From NCBI GenBank assembly GCA_033762115.1, contig JANRLX010000037.1, positions 1 to 41,795 of the forward strand: 41,795 nucleotides of DNA, given 5' to 3'. Both the position numbers and the translations under genes were made by a program. The notes below the pieces were generated by a model. It was not told the origin of the DNA. It did no database searches and saw only the letters and a list, made by a program, of their open reading frames with translations. This DNA is from Verrucomicrobiota bacterium. GTDB taxonomy: Bacteria; Verrucomicrobiota; Verrucomicrobiia; Limisphaerales; SXQI01. Below, in pieces: positions 7,824 through 17,367 of the stretch. Each line of letters starts with the position of its first letter. Position 1 is the first letter of the stretch.

Positions 7824-10346
7824 TTAATGCCGTCGTAAAATGAGTCGATGATCCACACGCCGGGTTTGGCTAAAATCAAGAGGTGGTAAATCTTTCAATG
7901 TCGGAGACTCTGTTTCATCCAATGTCTCCTCTGCCAAACGCTGCAATTCAGACCATCGGGGCCAGTTCAATTCCGGTGCGTTGCTGATTTGCCGGAGCAG
8001 ACTTCGCCATTCGATAATAACACGGTCAATATCACCAGCACCTACCAGATCTGATATCCAGGCCTGTTTTGCCGCCGGGTTTTTATGGACGGCAGCCACG
8101 ATCTGATCCGCCCCGGCTCCATAACGTGGAGGAGCACCATTTTCCAGATAACCTGGAACCGTCAACAGCCCATAAGTTTGGTGACAGGCCATGGCCAGTC
8201 GCCCGGCCCAACGATTTTCCTCGCCACAAAAGCGAAACCCGGCATCCAGATTTGCAAGGTCATAGAGCAATTCCTCAATGGGATATGAATTGTCTTCCAG
8301 GGCTGCCGCGATTGCCAATCCATCTTCCTGTTGGAAAAAGCTGACAATTCGACCACGCAGGGTTGGGACCCCGGCCTGATCAATCAGTTTCAACCGTCTC
8401 CAGAGCAGGGCCACCCCGGTACTGGTTGGCAGTTCACGACAAACAGGCACAAGATCACAAACCGCGCAATCAGGAGGAAGGACTTCCCTTTCCCGCGGTT
8501 TCCAGATGGGCACTCCATGCGAATCCACTGGCACCCGCATGAACATCTCTCCAAGGGAAGCATCGGCGACGATTTTGTGGTCCAGTTTTCTGAACCGGGC
8601 CACTTGCAGCCGTTGCGCGGCGAGTTTTTGTTCGATCCGAGGAGCAATCTGTTGATCGAACATTTGTTCCGTTGCCTGGCGATTTTGCCATTCGATAAGG
8701 CGGCGAATCCATTTTGCAATCAGAACCTTTCCATCACTCAAGCGATCAGCCACGGTGATGGTTCTCCCGTAAATGACTCCGTCTGGCGTTTCCGCCAAAA
8801 CGCAGAGCATACCGGTTCCGATGCGTTCCAATGCCCTGGGCTCGGTGACAACCGGGCGAAATTTTACCGCCGTTTGTAGGTTGAGCTCATCGGCCGAATT
8901 GCCGGGATGCTCCTTGCGCGGTTCATAAACAATTTCGCTGATCTTCTTTTCAACAAGCGGTGGAAACGTTTCCCATTCACCCTGGCTGTTCAGCATTTGA
9001 CGAACACGCTTGCGGACGTGACGGGCACGTTCGGGGTCAGTTCGCAAACCACAGGGAACAAGCGGATGCCGCAACGATTCCTCAACGCCAAGGAAGATTG
9101 GCTTGGTGGTAAAGAGGCGTTCCTGGACCCGCACAGCTTCCATGAAGGGGTCTTTTCCCATTTCAGCCGCCATACTCATGATGCCAAGCAAAGCGCTCCA
9201 ATCAATCAATCCTCCACGGGAGAGGTGCGCGGGACGCGCATCCATGAGGCGAAGTTCATTTGCGGAGATGAGGACATAACCGGTTTCATCAAGACCACGG
9301 CGCCCGGCGCGACCGAACATCTGGAGAATTTCATCCGCCCTGAGTGGCTGTTCCTGGTTATCGCGACGGTAGGAATCCCCGGCCAGCGCAACACTCCTGA
9401 GAGAAAAATTGATCCCGGCAGCCAGCCCCATGGTGGCGACCACAATTCTCAATTGTCCGGCCTTGGCCAGCGGTTCAATGACACCGGCGCGAGCGCCATA
9501 GCTCAATCCGCTGTGATGATAAGCAATCCGGCTTTTCAGCAACCGGGCCAAATGCTCTCCCACCAGGAGCTTCTGCTCCTGGGTGAGTTGCAATGGATTA
9601 GGATTGGGGAGGTAACGGGCGAGTTCAGCCGCCATGGATTCGGCTGCCTGCCTGCGAGGAGCGAAGATAAGGATTGGGCCCAGGTCTTCTGCGAGAGCCT
9701 TGGCCGCGAACCGTGGCCAGTAACCGCGAATTTCCGAAGGAACCGAGTAACTCAGATTGCTGGTGTGGACTTCTTCCAATGGCACGGGCCTGTGATCGGA
9801 ACGGATCAATTCCGCTTTTCGTCCAAGCCGCGTCAGCCATTGAACCAGATGATGCGGGTTGGCAACGCTTCCGCTCAAAAGCAACAACTGCGTTTGTGGT
9901 GGGGCGAGGGCAATGGCCAATTCATAATTCAATCCCCGGTCATGGTCTCCGAGCATCTGGTATTCATCAACGACCAGCAGCGAAGGGCCCTCCCCCTTGA
10001 TCAGCCTGTTTTTTTGAGTTTCAAGAGTTGCGACAAGGACTGGTGCATGGAGATTTTCAGCGATATCCCCTGTGGCAATACCAACATTCCATCCCCTTCC
10101 CCGCCATTCTGCCAATTTGTCATTTGCGAGTGCCCTGGTAGGAACGGTGTAGATCGCCTGACCACGATTTTTCCCCTGGTTTGACCAAAGCTCAAAAACC
10201 AGCGTTTTCCCCGCGCCAGTCGGGGCATGCACCACCACATCCTTGCCGGCGCGTAATGCAGTGACCGCTTCCTGCTGCCATAAGTCCGGCACTGTCACGT
10301 GATTGAGGACGGTCAGGCTGCCCAGTTGATCGGCGATGCTCGACAT
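7824..10346 (-). CDS. Ski2-like SF2 (DEAD/DEAH-box) helicase
   Basis: Walker A APTGAGKT, motif Ia PTRALAN, motif II DEYQ, YHHSGL, VATMGLAAGIN, motif VI QMFGRAGRRG. Start placed at ATG 10346; the ORF track extends to 10373. Confidence 0.88.
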   Translation of the reverse strand: MSSIADQLGSLTVLNHVTVPDLWQQEAVTALRAGKDVVVHAPTGAGKTLVFELWSNQGKNRGQAIYTVPTRALANDKLAEWRGRGWNVGIATGDIAENLHAPVLVATLETQKNRLIKGEGPSLLVVDEYQMLGDHDRGLNYELAIALAPPQTQLLLLSGSVANPHHLVQWLTRLGRKAELIRSDHRPVPLEEVHTSNLSYSVPSEIRGYWPRFAAKALAEDLGPILIFAPRRQAAESMAAELARYLPNPNPLQLTQEQKLLVGEHLARLLKSRIAYHHSGLSYGARAGVIEPLAKAGQLRIVVATMGLAAGINFSLRSVALAGDSYRRDNQEQPLRADEILQMFGRAGRRGLDETGYVLISANELRLMDARPAHLSRGGLIDWSALLGIMSMAAEMGKDPFMEAVRVQERLFTTKPIFLGVEESLRHPLVPCGLRTDPERARHVRKRVRQMLNSQGEWETFPPLVEKKISEIVYEPRKEHPGNSADELNLQTAVKFRPVVTEPRALERIGTGMLCVLAETPDGVIYGRTITVADRLSDGKVLIAKWIRRLIEWQNRQATEQMFDQQIAPRIEQKLAAQRLQVARFRKLDHKIVADASLGEMFMRVPVDSHGVPIWKPREREVLPPDCAVCDLVPVCRELPTSTGVALLWRRLKLIDQAGVPTLRGRIVSFFQQEDGLAIAAALEDNSYPIEELLYDLANLDAGFRFCGEENRWAGRLAMACHQTYGLLTVPGYLENGAPPRYGAGADQIVAAVHKNPAAKQAWISDLVGAGDIDRVIIEWRSLLRQISNAPELNWPRWSELQRLAEETLDETESPTLKDLPPLDFSQTRRVDHRLILRRH

Positions 10347-10408
10347 GGGGGCAAGATAGACCAAACCGGACAATCCGGCAGGGTTTTTGAAAAAGAAAGG
10401 AAAAGCGG

Positions 10409-11677
10409 CTAGAGCCGAATGGGGAGATAGACCGTGAAAATGGTGCCTTCACCGGGACGTGAATAAAGATGGATTGCCCCGCCAGCCTGGGTGATAAGCC
10501 GTTTAACAATAGACAACCCCAGCCCTGTCCCCTGCCCGGCAGGTTTGGTAGTGAAATAGGGTTGGAAGATGAGATCGAGAATTTCACCAGGCATCCCGGG
10601 CCCGTTATCCTGAACCGTGAGCGCAAGAAGCGGCTCTGAAATATCCACACCATCAGGCTTGAAGCAACGCTCGTGCATGTTACGGGCCATCAAGTCAAAG
10701 TCCGGCACGTTTGGAAGCATCCGCGCCTGCACCTGGACGCGATGAGCGTCCGGAGAACTTTGGAGGGCGTTGATCGTCAGATTAAGTAAAATCTGCAACA
10801 GATCAGTGGCATTGATTTGGGCAATGATATCCTGCTGGGCCGAATAAATAACCAACTGGTTGCGACGGGCAGCGGGATGGACCGTCAATAATTCCTCGAG
10901 ATCACTCAGGACCTGGTTTACCGGAACGGTATAATCAGTCTGAGATTTCCCCTGGAGAAACCCGAGATAGCGGCGGCTGATCTCCATGCAATTGATGGTC
11001 TGCCGGGAAATGCCGCCGACATAATGTTTGACGTTTTCCAGTTCTTTTCCGCCGAGCTTTTCCGCACCCACAATTTCCTTTTGAATCAAATCAATAAAAC
11101 CGGCGATCACAGTGAGCGGTCCGTTAATGTCATGGAGAATGCTGGCGTAAATTTCTGAGTGAGTCCGGGCCAGTTCCTCACGAAGTTGCTGATGATGAAT
11201 TTCTTTTTGCAGCTCGACCAGCTTGCGGTCATATCCCTGGATTTCTCTGGAGACAGCGCGGCGTACCATGGCATTGGCAACGGCTTCCCGAATACCGCTC
11301 ATTTCGTATGGCTTGCTGAGGTAATCGCAAGCCCCCAGCCTTAGAGCTTCCCGAGCGGTCTCGATTGTCTCGTAAGCCGTCAGCATGATCACTTCAATTC
11401 GTTGATCGATCTGTTTGAGCCGGGCAAGCAGTTCAATTCCGGTCATGCCGGGCATTCGGATATCCAGGATGGCCGCATCAATCGGATGAGATTTGGCTAA
11501 TTCAATGGCTTTTTGGCCGCTTTCAGCCAAAAGAATGTGATAGATATTTTTGAAAACAATATGAAGCGATTCTCGAACTCCTTCATCATCATCAACAATG
11601 AGTAGAGTTCCGCTGCTTGCGCCCGCAAAGGACGACGCAAAACCCTCCCCTTGAAGTTGAGTACGAGGATGACTCAT
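10409..11677 (-). CDS. Hybrid response regulator / histidine kinase (REC-HisKA-HATPase)
   Basis: IVDDDE..LDIRMPG..LTAY..YLSKPY receiver; H-box LHDINGPL; N-box LNLTINA; DNGPG; FQPYFTTK; GTGLGL. Confidence 0.9.
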   Translation of the reverse strand: MSHPRTQLQGEGFASSFAGASSGTLLIVDDDEGVRESLHIVFKNIYHILLAESGQKAIELAKSHPIDAAILDIRMPGMTGIELLARLKQIDQRIEVIMLTAYETIETAREALRLGACDYLSKPYEMSGIREAVANAMVRRAVSREIQGYDRKLVELQKEIHHQQLREELARTHSEIYASILHDINGPLTVIAGFIDLIQKEIVGAEKLGGKELENVKHYVGGISRQTINCMEISRRYLGFLQGKSQTDYTVPVNQVLSDLEELLTVHPAARRNQLVIYSAQQDIIAQINATDLLQILLNLTINALQSSPDAHRVQVQARMLPNVPDFDLMARNMHERCFKPDGVDISEPLLALTVQDNGPGMPGEILDLIFQPYFTTKPAGQGTGLGLSIVKRLITQAGGAIHLYSRPGEGTIFTVYLPIRL

Positions 11678-11721
11678 TTTCCTGTTTTAAGGTTCATCGA
11701 CCAATGACGGTATAGGCTTTA

Positions 11722-11750
11722 GTCGTACACTTTGGCATCAGAATTGTCAA
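11722..11750 (-). promoter_or_regulatory. Possible internal sigma70-type promoter for the last hybrid kinase gene
   Basis: Perfect TTGACA, 17-nt spacer, weak -10 TACGAC in a 91-bp gap. Confidence 0.3.
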
Positions 11751-11768
11751 TTTTGGGTTAAATCCTCA

Positions 11769-13028
11769 TCAGGCGCCAGCCAACAACCGTTCCCAAAGGG
11801 CTTCGTTCGAGAGGACCTGACCGAGAAAATCCCGCTCGCTGAAATCGCTTTTCCCGCGGGCAGAGACTGGCATATGGACAATAAAGCGAGTCCCGCCACC
11901 TTCCTGATTGTCGACACTGATCCGTCCACCATGGTGATAAACAATCAAATAGCAGGCCATCAGGTTTAATCCAAATTCCTGTGGATCATCTGTCCGGACG
12001 TAAAACGGATCAAAAACGGACCGAAGTGCCTCGGCAGGAAGACCCTGGCCATTATCGGAAACAATGATTTCGATCTCGGGCAGGTTTCCAACCCCATTAT
12101 GCAGCGTTGCGGACAGATTAACCGCACTGCCGGAAGGCAGGTTGACCAACTCATCCTTGAACAAAAGATCGAACAATCGCCTGAACTTTTTTTCATCCAC
12201 CTGCATGGCAGGGAGGTCAGTTGGAATGGCCAATTTCAGTTGGACCCCTTTTTCAGCAAACTGCGGGGCCATTTCCTGCGCCACTCCGGATACCAGAGTG
12301 TTGAGGTTGACTGAATCATTGAACATTACCTTGTTTGGTTCTGCGGCGAACCCAAGATCAGTAAGCAGCTCCATGATGCGTTTGATCTGGTTCTGCACAT
12401 GGGAATAGAAATCCTGCCAGAAATTGGGATTTCTCAACTCTTCCACATCGACTTTTTCCTCCCGCATCTTGTCAGGAGCCAAATCAAGGAAGGTGCGAAC
12501 CGCCACCAGGGCGTTCCGCATGTGATGGCCCAACCCGGCGGCGAGAACACCAAGGCTGACCACCCGTTCTGCGATCATGATGTGATGCAGCACAGCAAGT
12601 TTTTCACGGAGCAGGGTATCGCGTTCGCGGGAAACCAGGAAAAACTCAAGAGCGCGGCGCAAGGTGATCTCCAGTTGTGGAACGTCCCACGGTTTGTGAA
12701 CGTATTTGTAAATCGCGCCGGAATTCACCGCGTCGATGGCTGCATCCAAATCAGAGTAGGCGGTGGCGAGAATACGGACGATTTTTGGACGCAACTGGCG
12801 GGCGCGTTCCAGTAGCTGAACCCCCTTCTCTCCTGGCATTCGTTGATCAGTCATCAGGATACCGATCTCATCCTTATGCTCTTCCAGCAGGCGAAAACCA
12901 TCCTGCGCGTTGGAGGCGGTGAAAACGCGGAAATGTTCCTCGAATGCGCGGGTAAAATATTTAAGCGACTTCTCCTCATCATCCACGTAGAGGATTGCAA
13001 AGCGTTTATAATCGTAAAAATTTTGCAT
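11769..13028 (-). CDS. PhcR/PhcQ-like response regulator: receiver plus degenerate histidine-kinase-like domain
   Basis: ILYVDDEEKSLKYF..TDQRMPG..TAYSD..HKPW receiver; H-box GHHMRNAL; N-box lacks Asn; G2 box reads EFGLNL; lies 3 nt downstream of the phcS-like gene. Confidence 0.75.
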   Translation of the reverse strand: MQNFYDYKRFAILYVDDEEKSLKYFTRAFEEHFRVFTASNAQDGFRLLEEHKDEIGILMTDQRMPGEKGVQLLERARQLRPKIVRILATAYSDLDAAIDAVNSGAIYKYVHKPWDVPQLEITLRRALEFFLVSRERDTLLREKLAVLHHIMIAERVVSLGVLAAGLGHHMRNALVAVRTFLDLAPDKMREEKVDVEELRNPNFWQDFYSHVQNQIKRIMELLTDLGFAAEPNKVMFNDSVNLNTLVSGVAQEMAPQFAEKGVQLKLAIPTDLPAMQVDEKKFRRLFDLLFKDELVNLPSGSAVNLSATLHNGVGNLPEIEIIVSDNGQGLPAEALRSVFDPFYVRTDDPQEFGLNLMACYLIVYHHGGRISVDNQEGGGTRFIVHMPVSARGKSDFSERDFLGQVLSNEALWERLLAGA

Positions 13029-13031
13029 AAT

Positions 13032-15713
13032 TTAAGCTGCGGAAAGGGCCGCTTCCTTCGAGCGGCGGACAGGAAATTCAAGGGAAAATTCAGTAAAACT
13101 TCCCAATTCGCTCTCAACTGAAATTCGACCCTGGTGGGATTGCATGATTTTGTAGCAAATGCTCAGTCCCAAACCCATTCCCTCTCCCACATCCTTGGTG
13201 GTGAAGAAGGGATCAAAAATTTTCGGCAACACCTCGGGGGGAATTCCAGGTCCGTTGTCGCGGATTTTCAGGATCAGCCTGTCGCCAATTTCATCCACGG
13301 ACAGGTGGATGGTGGGTTTTTGGTCGCCATACTGTTTACCTTTCATTGCATCGAGGGAGTTCTGCAACAGGTTGAGAACAACCTGGATGATCTGATGCTC
13401 ATTGCCATAAAAGGAAACTGCATGTGAAACTTCGTTCTGAATTTCCACCTGCTCCTTCCAGTCATGGGAAAGAAATCTCAATGCCGCAGCGATGCATGGC
13501 TCGAGCTTGGTTTCATGAAAATTTTCGGTATTCGGATGGGTGAAGGCGCGCAAATCCGAAACGATAGTTCGAACTCGATTGATCCCCTCCTCGATATCCT
13601 TGACCACATCCAGGTAATCTCCCTGATCATCTTCGGGAAGGGCTTTTCCATGATTGCGAAGCATGTAGATCGCAGTCTTGGCGAAATTAAGGGGGTTGTT
13701 GATTTCATGAATGATCCCTGCGCTCATCCTGCCGAGAGAAGCCAGCTTTTCCGATTGCACCAATTGAGTTTCGGTGTCTTTCAGTTGCTGGAGGGTGGCT
13801 TCGAGGATTTGATTCTGACGGGCCAGACGCCGCTCGAAATGTCGGGCTTCGATCAGGTTATTGATTCGAACATGCAGTTCAGTGGTGGAAAATGGCTTGG
13901 TCAAAAAGTCATTGGCTCCCACTTCCAGAGCGGTGAGTTTTGTTTCCTCATCAGCACGGGCGGTCAGCAGGATAATGGGAATGCGCTGGGTTGGCGTGCG
14001 TTGCCGCAACTCACGGCAGACTTCCAACCCATCTTTTTCGGGCATCATCATGTCTAATAAAATGGCGTCTGGTAAAAACTGGCTCGCCTTTTCAATGGCC
14101 TGATTTCCATCAACTGCTTCCAAAACCTGCCATTGTCTTTGAAGCTGGCTTTTCAAAAAGCGCAGCATGTCAGGTTCATCATCGGCAATTAAGACGACGG
14201 GTTTATTCCCACCCTGTAAAAATTCGATTGGGCGCATGCTGTCCTGCACCATGGTCATGGCAGGAAACAGCTCGGCGCGGCGATAGAGTGTGGTCAGCCA
14301 CTCTTCGCGTGCAGCCTCCACAGCATTGCTGGCTTCCGGGAGGGAGGCTGGAGCCGTTTCGACTTGAGGGGCACCAGCATTCGGCTTTTTGAATGGCAAT
14401 TGAATAGACATTGTTGTGCCTTTGTTGATCTGGCTTTCGACACTTACTTTTCCACCCTGAATTTCCGCAAGTTCCTTCACAAGGGCCAATCCGATCCCAA
14501 CCCCCTGATATTTTCGCTGGGAAGAGGTATCAGCCTGCCAAAAACGACTGAACACATTTTTGATCTGCTCTTCTGATATCCCCACCCCGGTGTCCTTGAC
14601 TTTAAGGAACCAAACATTTCCTTCGCGTTCAGCTGAGACGGCGATTTCGCCGCCTGCCGGGGTGAACTTAACCGCGTTGAAGAGCAGATTTAAAGTGATC
14701 TTTTCGAGTTTGTCACGATCCGTTAGTACGGAGTCCAGTTCTGCATCCACGTGGGTGCTGACTTGAATTCTTTTGTCGGCAGCGACCTGTCGGATCGACT
14801 GGACCAGGCCAAGCAGGAACGCTTTCAAATCGATGGCGTCCTCCCGGATATTCATTTTTCCCGATTCCAGCCGGACGAGGTCGAGGAGGTCATTGATTAA
14901 TTTCAGCAACCGCATGCCATTGGCGTGCATGGTGCGGAGCAGTTCAGGGATTTCCGGGTCGTAATGCTCTTTTAGCTGTTGTTGCAGCGATTCAAGCGGG
15001 GCGAGCAGGAGCGTCAGCGGGGTGCGCAGTTCATGACTGATATTTGCGAAAAAGCGGCTCTTTACCTGGTCCAGTTCGACCAATTTCTGGTGGCTTTCCT
15101 CGACAGTCCTTCGACTTCGATCCAGTTCGTAGCGGAGTTCGAATTCCCTGAACAACTGCCGGTTGTAAACGGCATTCCCCACGATAACGAACACAGCGGT
15201 GACAAGGAGGAAGTAGAGATTGTTAAAAAAGATGCCGCCATCCTTGATCGGCCCGTGGGCAAAGACCGCTGCCAGATACATCAGCATGGCGATGATAAAG
15301 ACGTAAATGCTGTCCATAATCGTCCAGCGGAGGATCAATCCTGAGCCCATCAGGACCAGGTTCAACCCGGCATAATAGGGGGAAACCGCACCGTCTTGTT
15401 CAAAAATCATCCAGGAGATACAAAAAAGAGGGAGGGAGACCTCCACCAATCCCAACCCCCGGTAACGCTTTTTTCCCCATTCTGTGCCAAAAAGCCACCA
15501 AAGTGCGAATAGCAGCAGGGAACATATGACACGCAGAGCAAAGAAGCGGCCGACATGGCCGGGGTAGACAAAGAAGTCCAGGGTCACACCCGCTGGCATG
15601 AAAATCACCCCGAGAATACAGGCTACACGATAGCGTTGAATGGCGACTTCCTGTTCATGCTTCAGGAACGCGCTCCACAGTTCCGGATTCGGTTTAGGCC
15701 CGGCTCTAAACAT
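13032..15713 (-). CDS. PhcS-like membrane sensor kinase: about 6 TM, HisKA-HATPase, REC, second HisKA-HATPase
   Basis: Hydrophobic N-terminal ~185 aa; [76 protein letters not shown]; overlaps the methyltransferase gene by 8 nt. Confidence 0.85.
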   Translation of the reverse strand: MFRAGPKPNPELWSAFLKHEQEVAIQRYRVACILGVIFMPAGVTLDFFVYPGHVGRFFALRVICSLLLFALWWLFGTEWGKKRYRGLGLVEVSLPLFCISWMIFEQDGAVSPYYAGLNLVLMGSGLILRWTIMDSIYVFIIAMLMYLAAVFAHGPIKDGGIFFNNLYFLLVTAVFVIVGNAVYNRQLFREFELRYELDRSRRTVEESHQKLVELDQVKSRFFANISHELRTPLTLLLAPLESLQQQLKEHYDPEIPELLRTMHANGMRLLKLINDLLDLVRLESGKMNIREDAIDLKAFLLGLVQSIRQVAADKRIQVSTHVDAELDSVLTDRDKLEKITLNLLFNAVKFTPAGGEIAVSAEREGNVWFLKVKDTGVGISEEQIKNVFSRFWQADTSSQRKYQGVGIGLALVKELAEIQGGKVSVESQINKGTTMSIQLPFKKPNAGAPQVETAPASLPEASNAVEAAREEWLTTLYRRAELFPAMTMVQDSMRPIEFLQGGNKPVVLIADDEPDMLRFLKSQLQRQWQVLEAVDGNQAIEKASQFLPDAILLDMMMPEKDGLEVCRELRQRTPTQRIPIILLTARADEETKLTALEVGANDFLTKPFSTTELHVRINNLIEARHFERRLARQNQILEATLQQLKDTETQLVQSEKLASLGRMSAGIIHEINNPLNFAKTAIYMLRNHGKALPEDDQGDYLDVVKDIEEGINRVRTIVSDLRAFTHPNTENFHETKLEPCIAAALRFLSHDWKEQVEIQNEVSHAVSFYGNEHQIIQVVLNLLQNSLDAMKGKQYGDQKPTIHLSVDEIGDRLILKIRDNGPGIPPEVLPKIFDPFFTTKDVGEGMGLGLSICYKIMQSHQGRISVESELGSFTEFSLEFPVRRSKEAALSAA

Positions 15714-17142
15714 GCGCTGGTTTTCGCACTTCGATAAAAATATTTACTCCAGTATTGTCCGTTGAAATTTTGATTGCGTCAGCTGGCGCTGAATCAGGCC
15801 GGATTGCCTGCAAAATTTTATTATCCCGATAGACAAGATGCCATTCGACCACATATTCCATCCAGTTTTTGGAAGGATTGGATGCTTCCACATTTGTGGC
15901 CACGAGCAATCCCCCGGGGGCGACCAGGTCATAAAAGATCGACATCAATCGCTTGCAAATACGGTCTGACAGATAATCAAACAAGCCGGCGCAATAGACC
16001 AAATCGTATGAATTGGCCACCATGTCCGGGTTGGGCTTGCCTGCTTCCTTCAAAATCTGGTGAACAGATTTTTTGATCGTCTGGACAGAGGTTGTGCGAT
16101 TATGCCGGGTTTTTAAATTTTCCAGCAATTTGCCAGTGTGCTGCAAGGTTTCATCATTAAAGTCCAGAAGCACAAACTTTGCATGATTGCTCAACTCATC
16201 GTTGGTGATGAAAAGCTGAATTTCCTTGGCCGGGCCGCAACCAAGGTTGAAAATCCTGGCGGGGCGCCCGGCGGTCACTGCCCGTTTCGTTTCGTCCTTC
16301 AGCCGTTCGATCAGGAAAGTGATCCGGTTGCGATGCGCCACCACCGGCGGCGTGTTGAGGAAAAAAAAGTTTAATAACTTGGCAAACATGGAGCCGCCTT
16401 CCAGTGGGTCACGCAGCATCATGTTCACCATCTCATAATCACCGGCATAGCCCAAAGGTTTGCGAAAGGTCCGATAGAAAAACGGCGCACAGAGCACCAC
16501 AGGGTGCAACTGCCGCTTCACGTAACTTCCATGCGCCGGGCGGAGGTCCTCCTCAATGCTCCGGCAGGTTTCCTCGAAGCGTTCAAACAAAGGCAATAAT
16601 GAGGGGAGAATCGGTTCCTGCAGTTCATGAATGATCTCACGCTCAAGCTGGAGGCGATTGGCTGAAGGCTGAGCGCGGACTCCCAGTTCGACCTGTTCCA
16701 TCCAGCGTCTCAACTCAAGCAGCATGGTTTGCATGTCCGCCACCACGACCTTGAAATCGGGACGCACCACATGAAGCTTGGCCTGTTCTTTGAGGAATTC
16801 CGCGACCTCTGCCTGGAGCTTGATCCTCTGGTTGACTGGTGAGAAAAGATCGACATCCAGCCACCCCTCCTCCAGTGTGGCTTCGCACACCAGGATAATC
16901 CCGGTGTTCACCAGGTTACTCACCACTCCTCGACCGGAGTAAATGACCCGGTCGCTCATGATGATCTGGAACTCGCTTAAAACTTCCGACAACTGAAGGA
17001 TGCTGTATGGATTGTAAACTTCGAAAACGACAAGGTGACGGGTCATGCGCAAGGGGGTGGCGCGCACTTCATTTCCCTGACTGTTGCGGCAGATAATGAG
17101 GCTGTCCTTTAATCCCGCAGTCTGACTTAAGTTTTTATCCAT
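15706..17142 (-). CDS. phcB: PhcB-like SAM-dependent methyltransferase (3-hydroxy fatty-acid methyl ester signal synthase family)
   Basis: SAM motif FNLGCGPAKEI, LLDF, YDLVYCAGLFDYL. Blocks RNSQG, YNPYSIxQxSEVL, LVNTG, LHP..APF..RTFxKPLGYAGDYEMVN and AHRNRI match Ralstonia PhcB as I recall it. Gene order matches phcB-phcS-phcR. Confidence 0.8.
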   Translation of the reverse strand: MDKNLSQTAGLKDSLIICRNSQGNEVRATPLRMTRHLVVFEVYNPYSILQLSEVLSEFQIIMSDRVIYSGRGVVSNLVNTGIILVCEATLEEGWLDVDLFSPVNQRIKLQAEVAEFLKEQAKLHVVRPDFKVVVADMQTMLLELRRWMEQVELGVRAQPSANRLQLEREIIHELQEPILPSLLPLFERFEETCRSIEEDLRPAHGSYVKRQLHPVVLCAPFFYRTFRKPLGYAGDYEMVNMMLRDPLEGGSMFAKLLNFFFLNTPPVVAHRNRITFLIERLKDETKRAVTAGRPARIFNLGCGPAKEIQLFITNDELSNHAKFVLLDFNDETLQHTGKLLENLKTRHNRTTSVQTIKKSVHQILKEAGKPNPDMVANSYDLVYCAGLFDYLSDRICKRLMSIFYDLVAPGGLLVATNVEASNPSKNWMEYVVEWHLVYRDNKILQAIRPDSAPADAIKISTDNTGVNIFIEVRKPAHV

Positions 17143-17241
17143 TTAGAAACCGACAAAGCTTGAAATTTCCGAAGAAATTTCGTTCGAACGACTACAATTC
17201 CGACGAAAACAACCGATATCATCAGATGCCGCGACGCTGCC

Positions 17242-17269
17242 ATTCTATTGAAAAGAAGAATCTTTGCAC
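17242..17269 (-). promoter_or_regulatory. Candidate promoter of the phcB-like operon (GTGCAA-16-TAGAAT)
   Basis: TAGAAT on the minus strand at 17242-17247, about 100 nt upstream of ATG 17142. Confidence 0.35.
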
Positions 17270-17367
17270 GGAGATTCCGCGTTACGAAATGTTTTTATCG
17301 AATTCATGGGCAAGCGGTCATTCTTCATTGTAAATCAAAACTTTTCTGGCCAAAATTACTCTCCACC

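Noticed and set aside
8907..10184. 425-aa plus-strand ORF
   Set aside because: Antisense shadow of the conserved helicase core; no recognisable motifs.
7824..10346. Helicase as an anti-phage defence gene
   Set aside because: No nuclease or other defence genes adjacent and no sign of an island.
17248..17367. N-terminal extension of the FadL ORF
   Set aside because: It would bury the signal peptide and overlap the divergent promoter region; ATG 17368 fits better.
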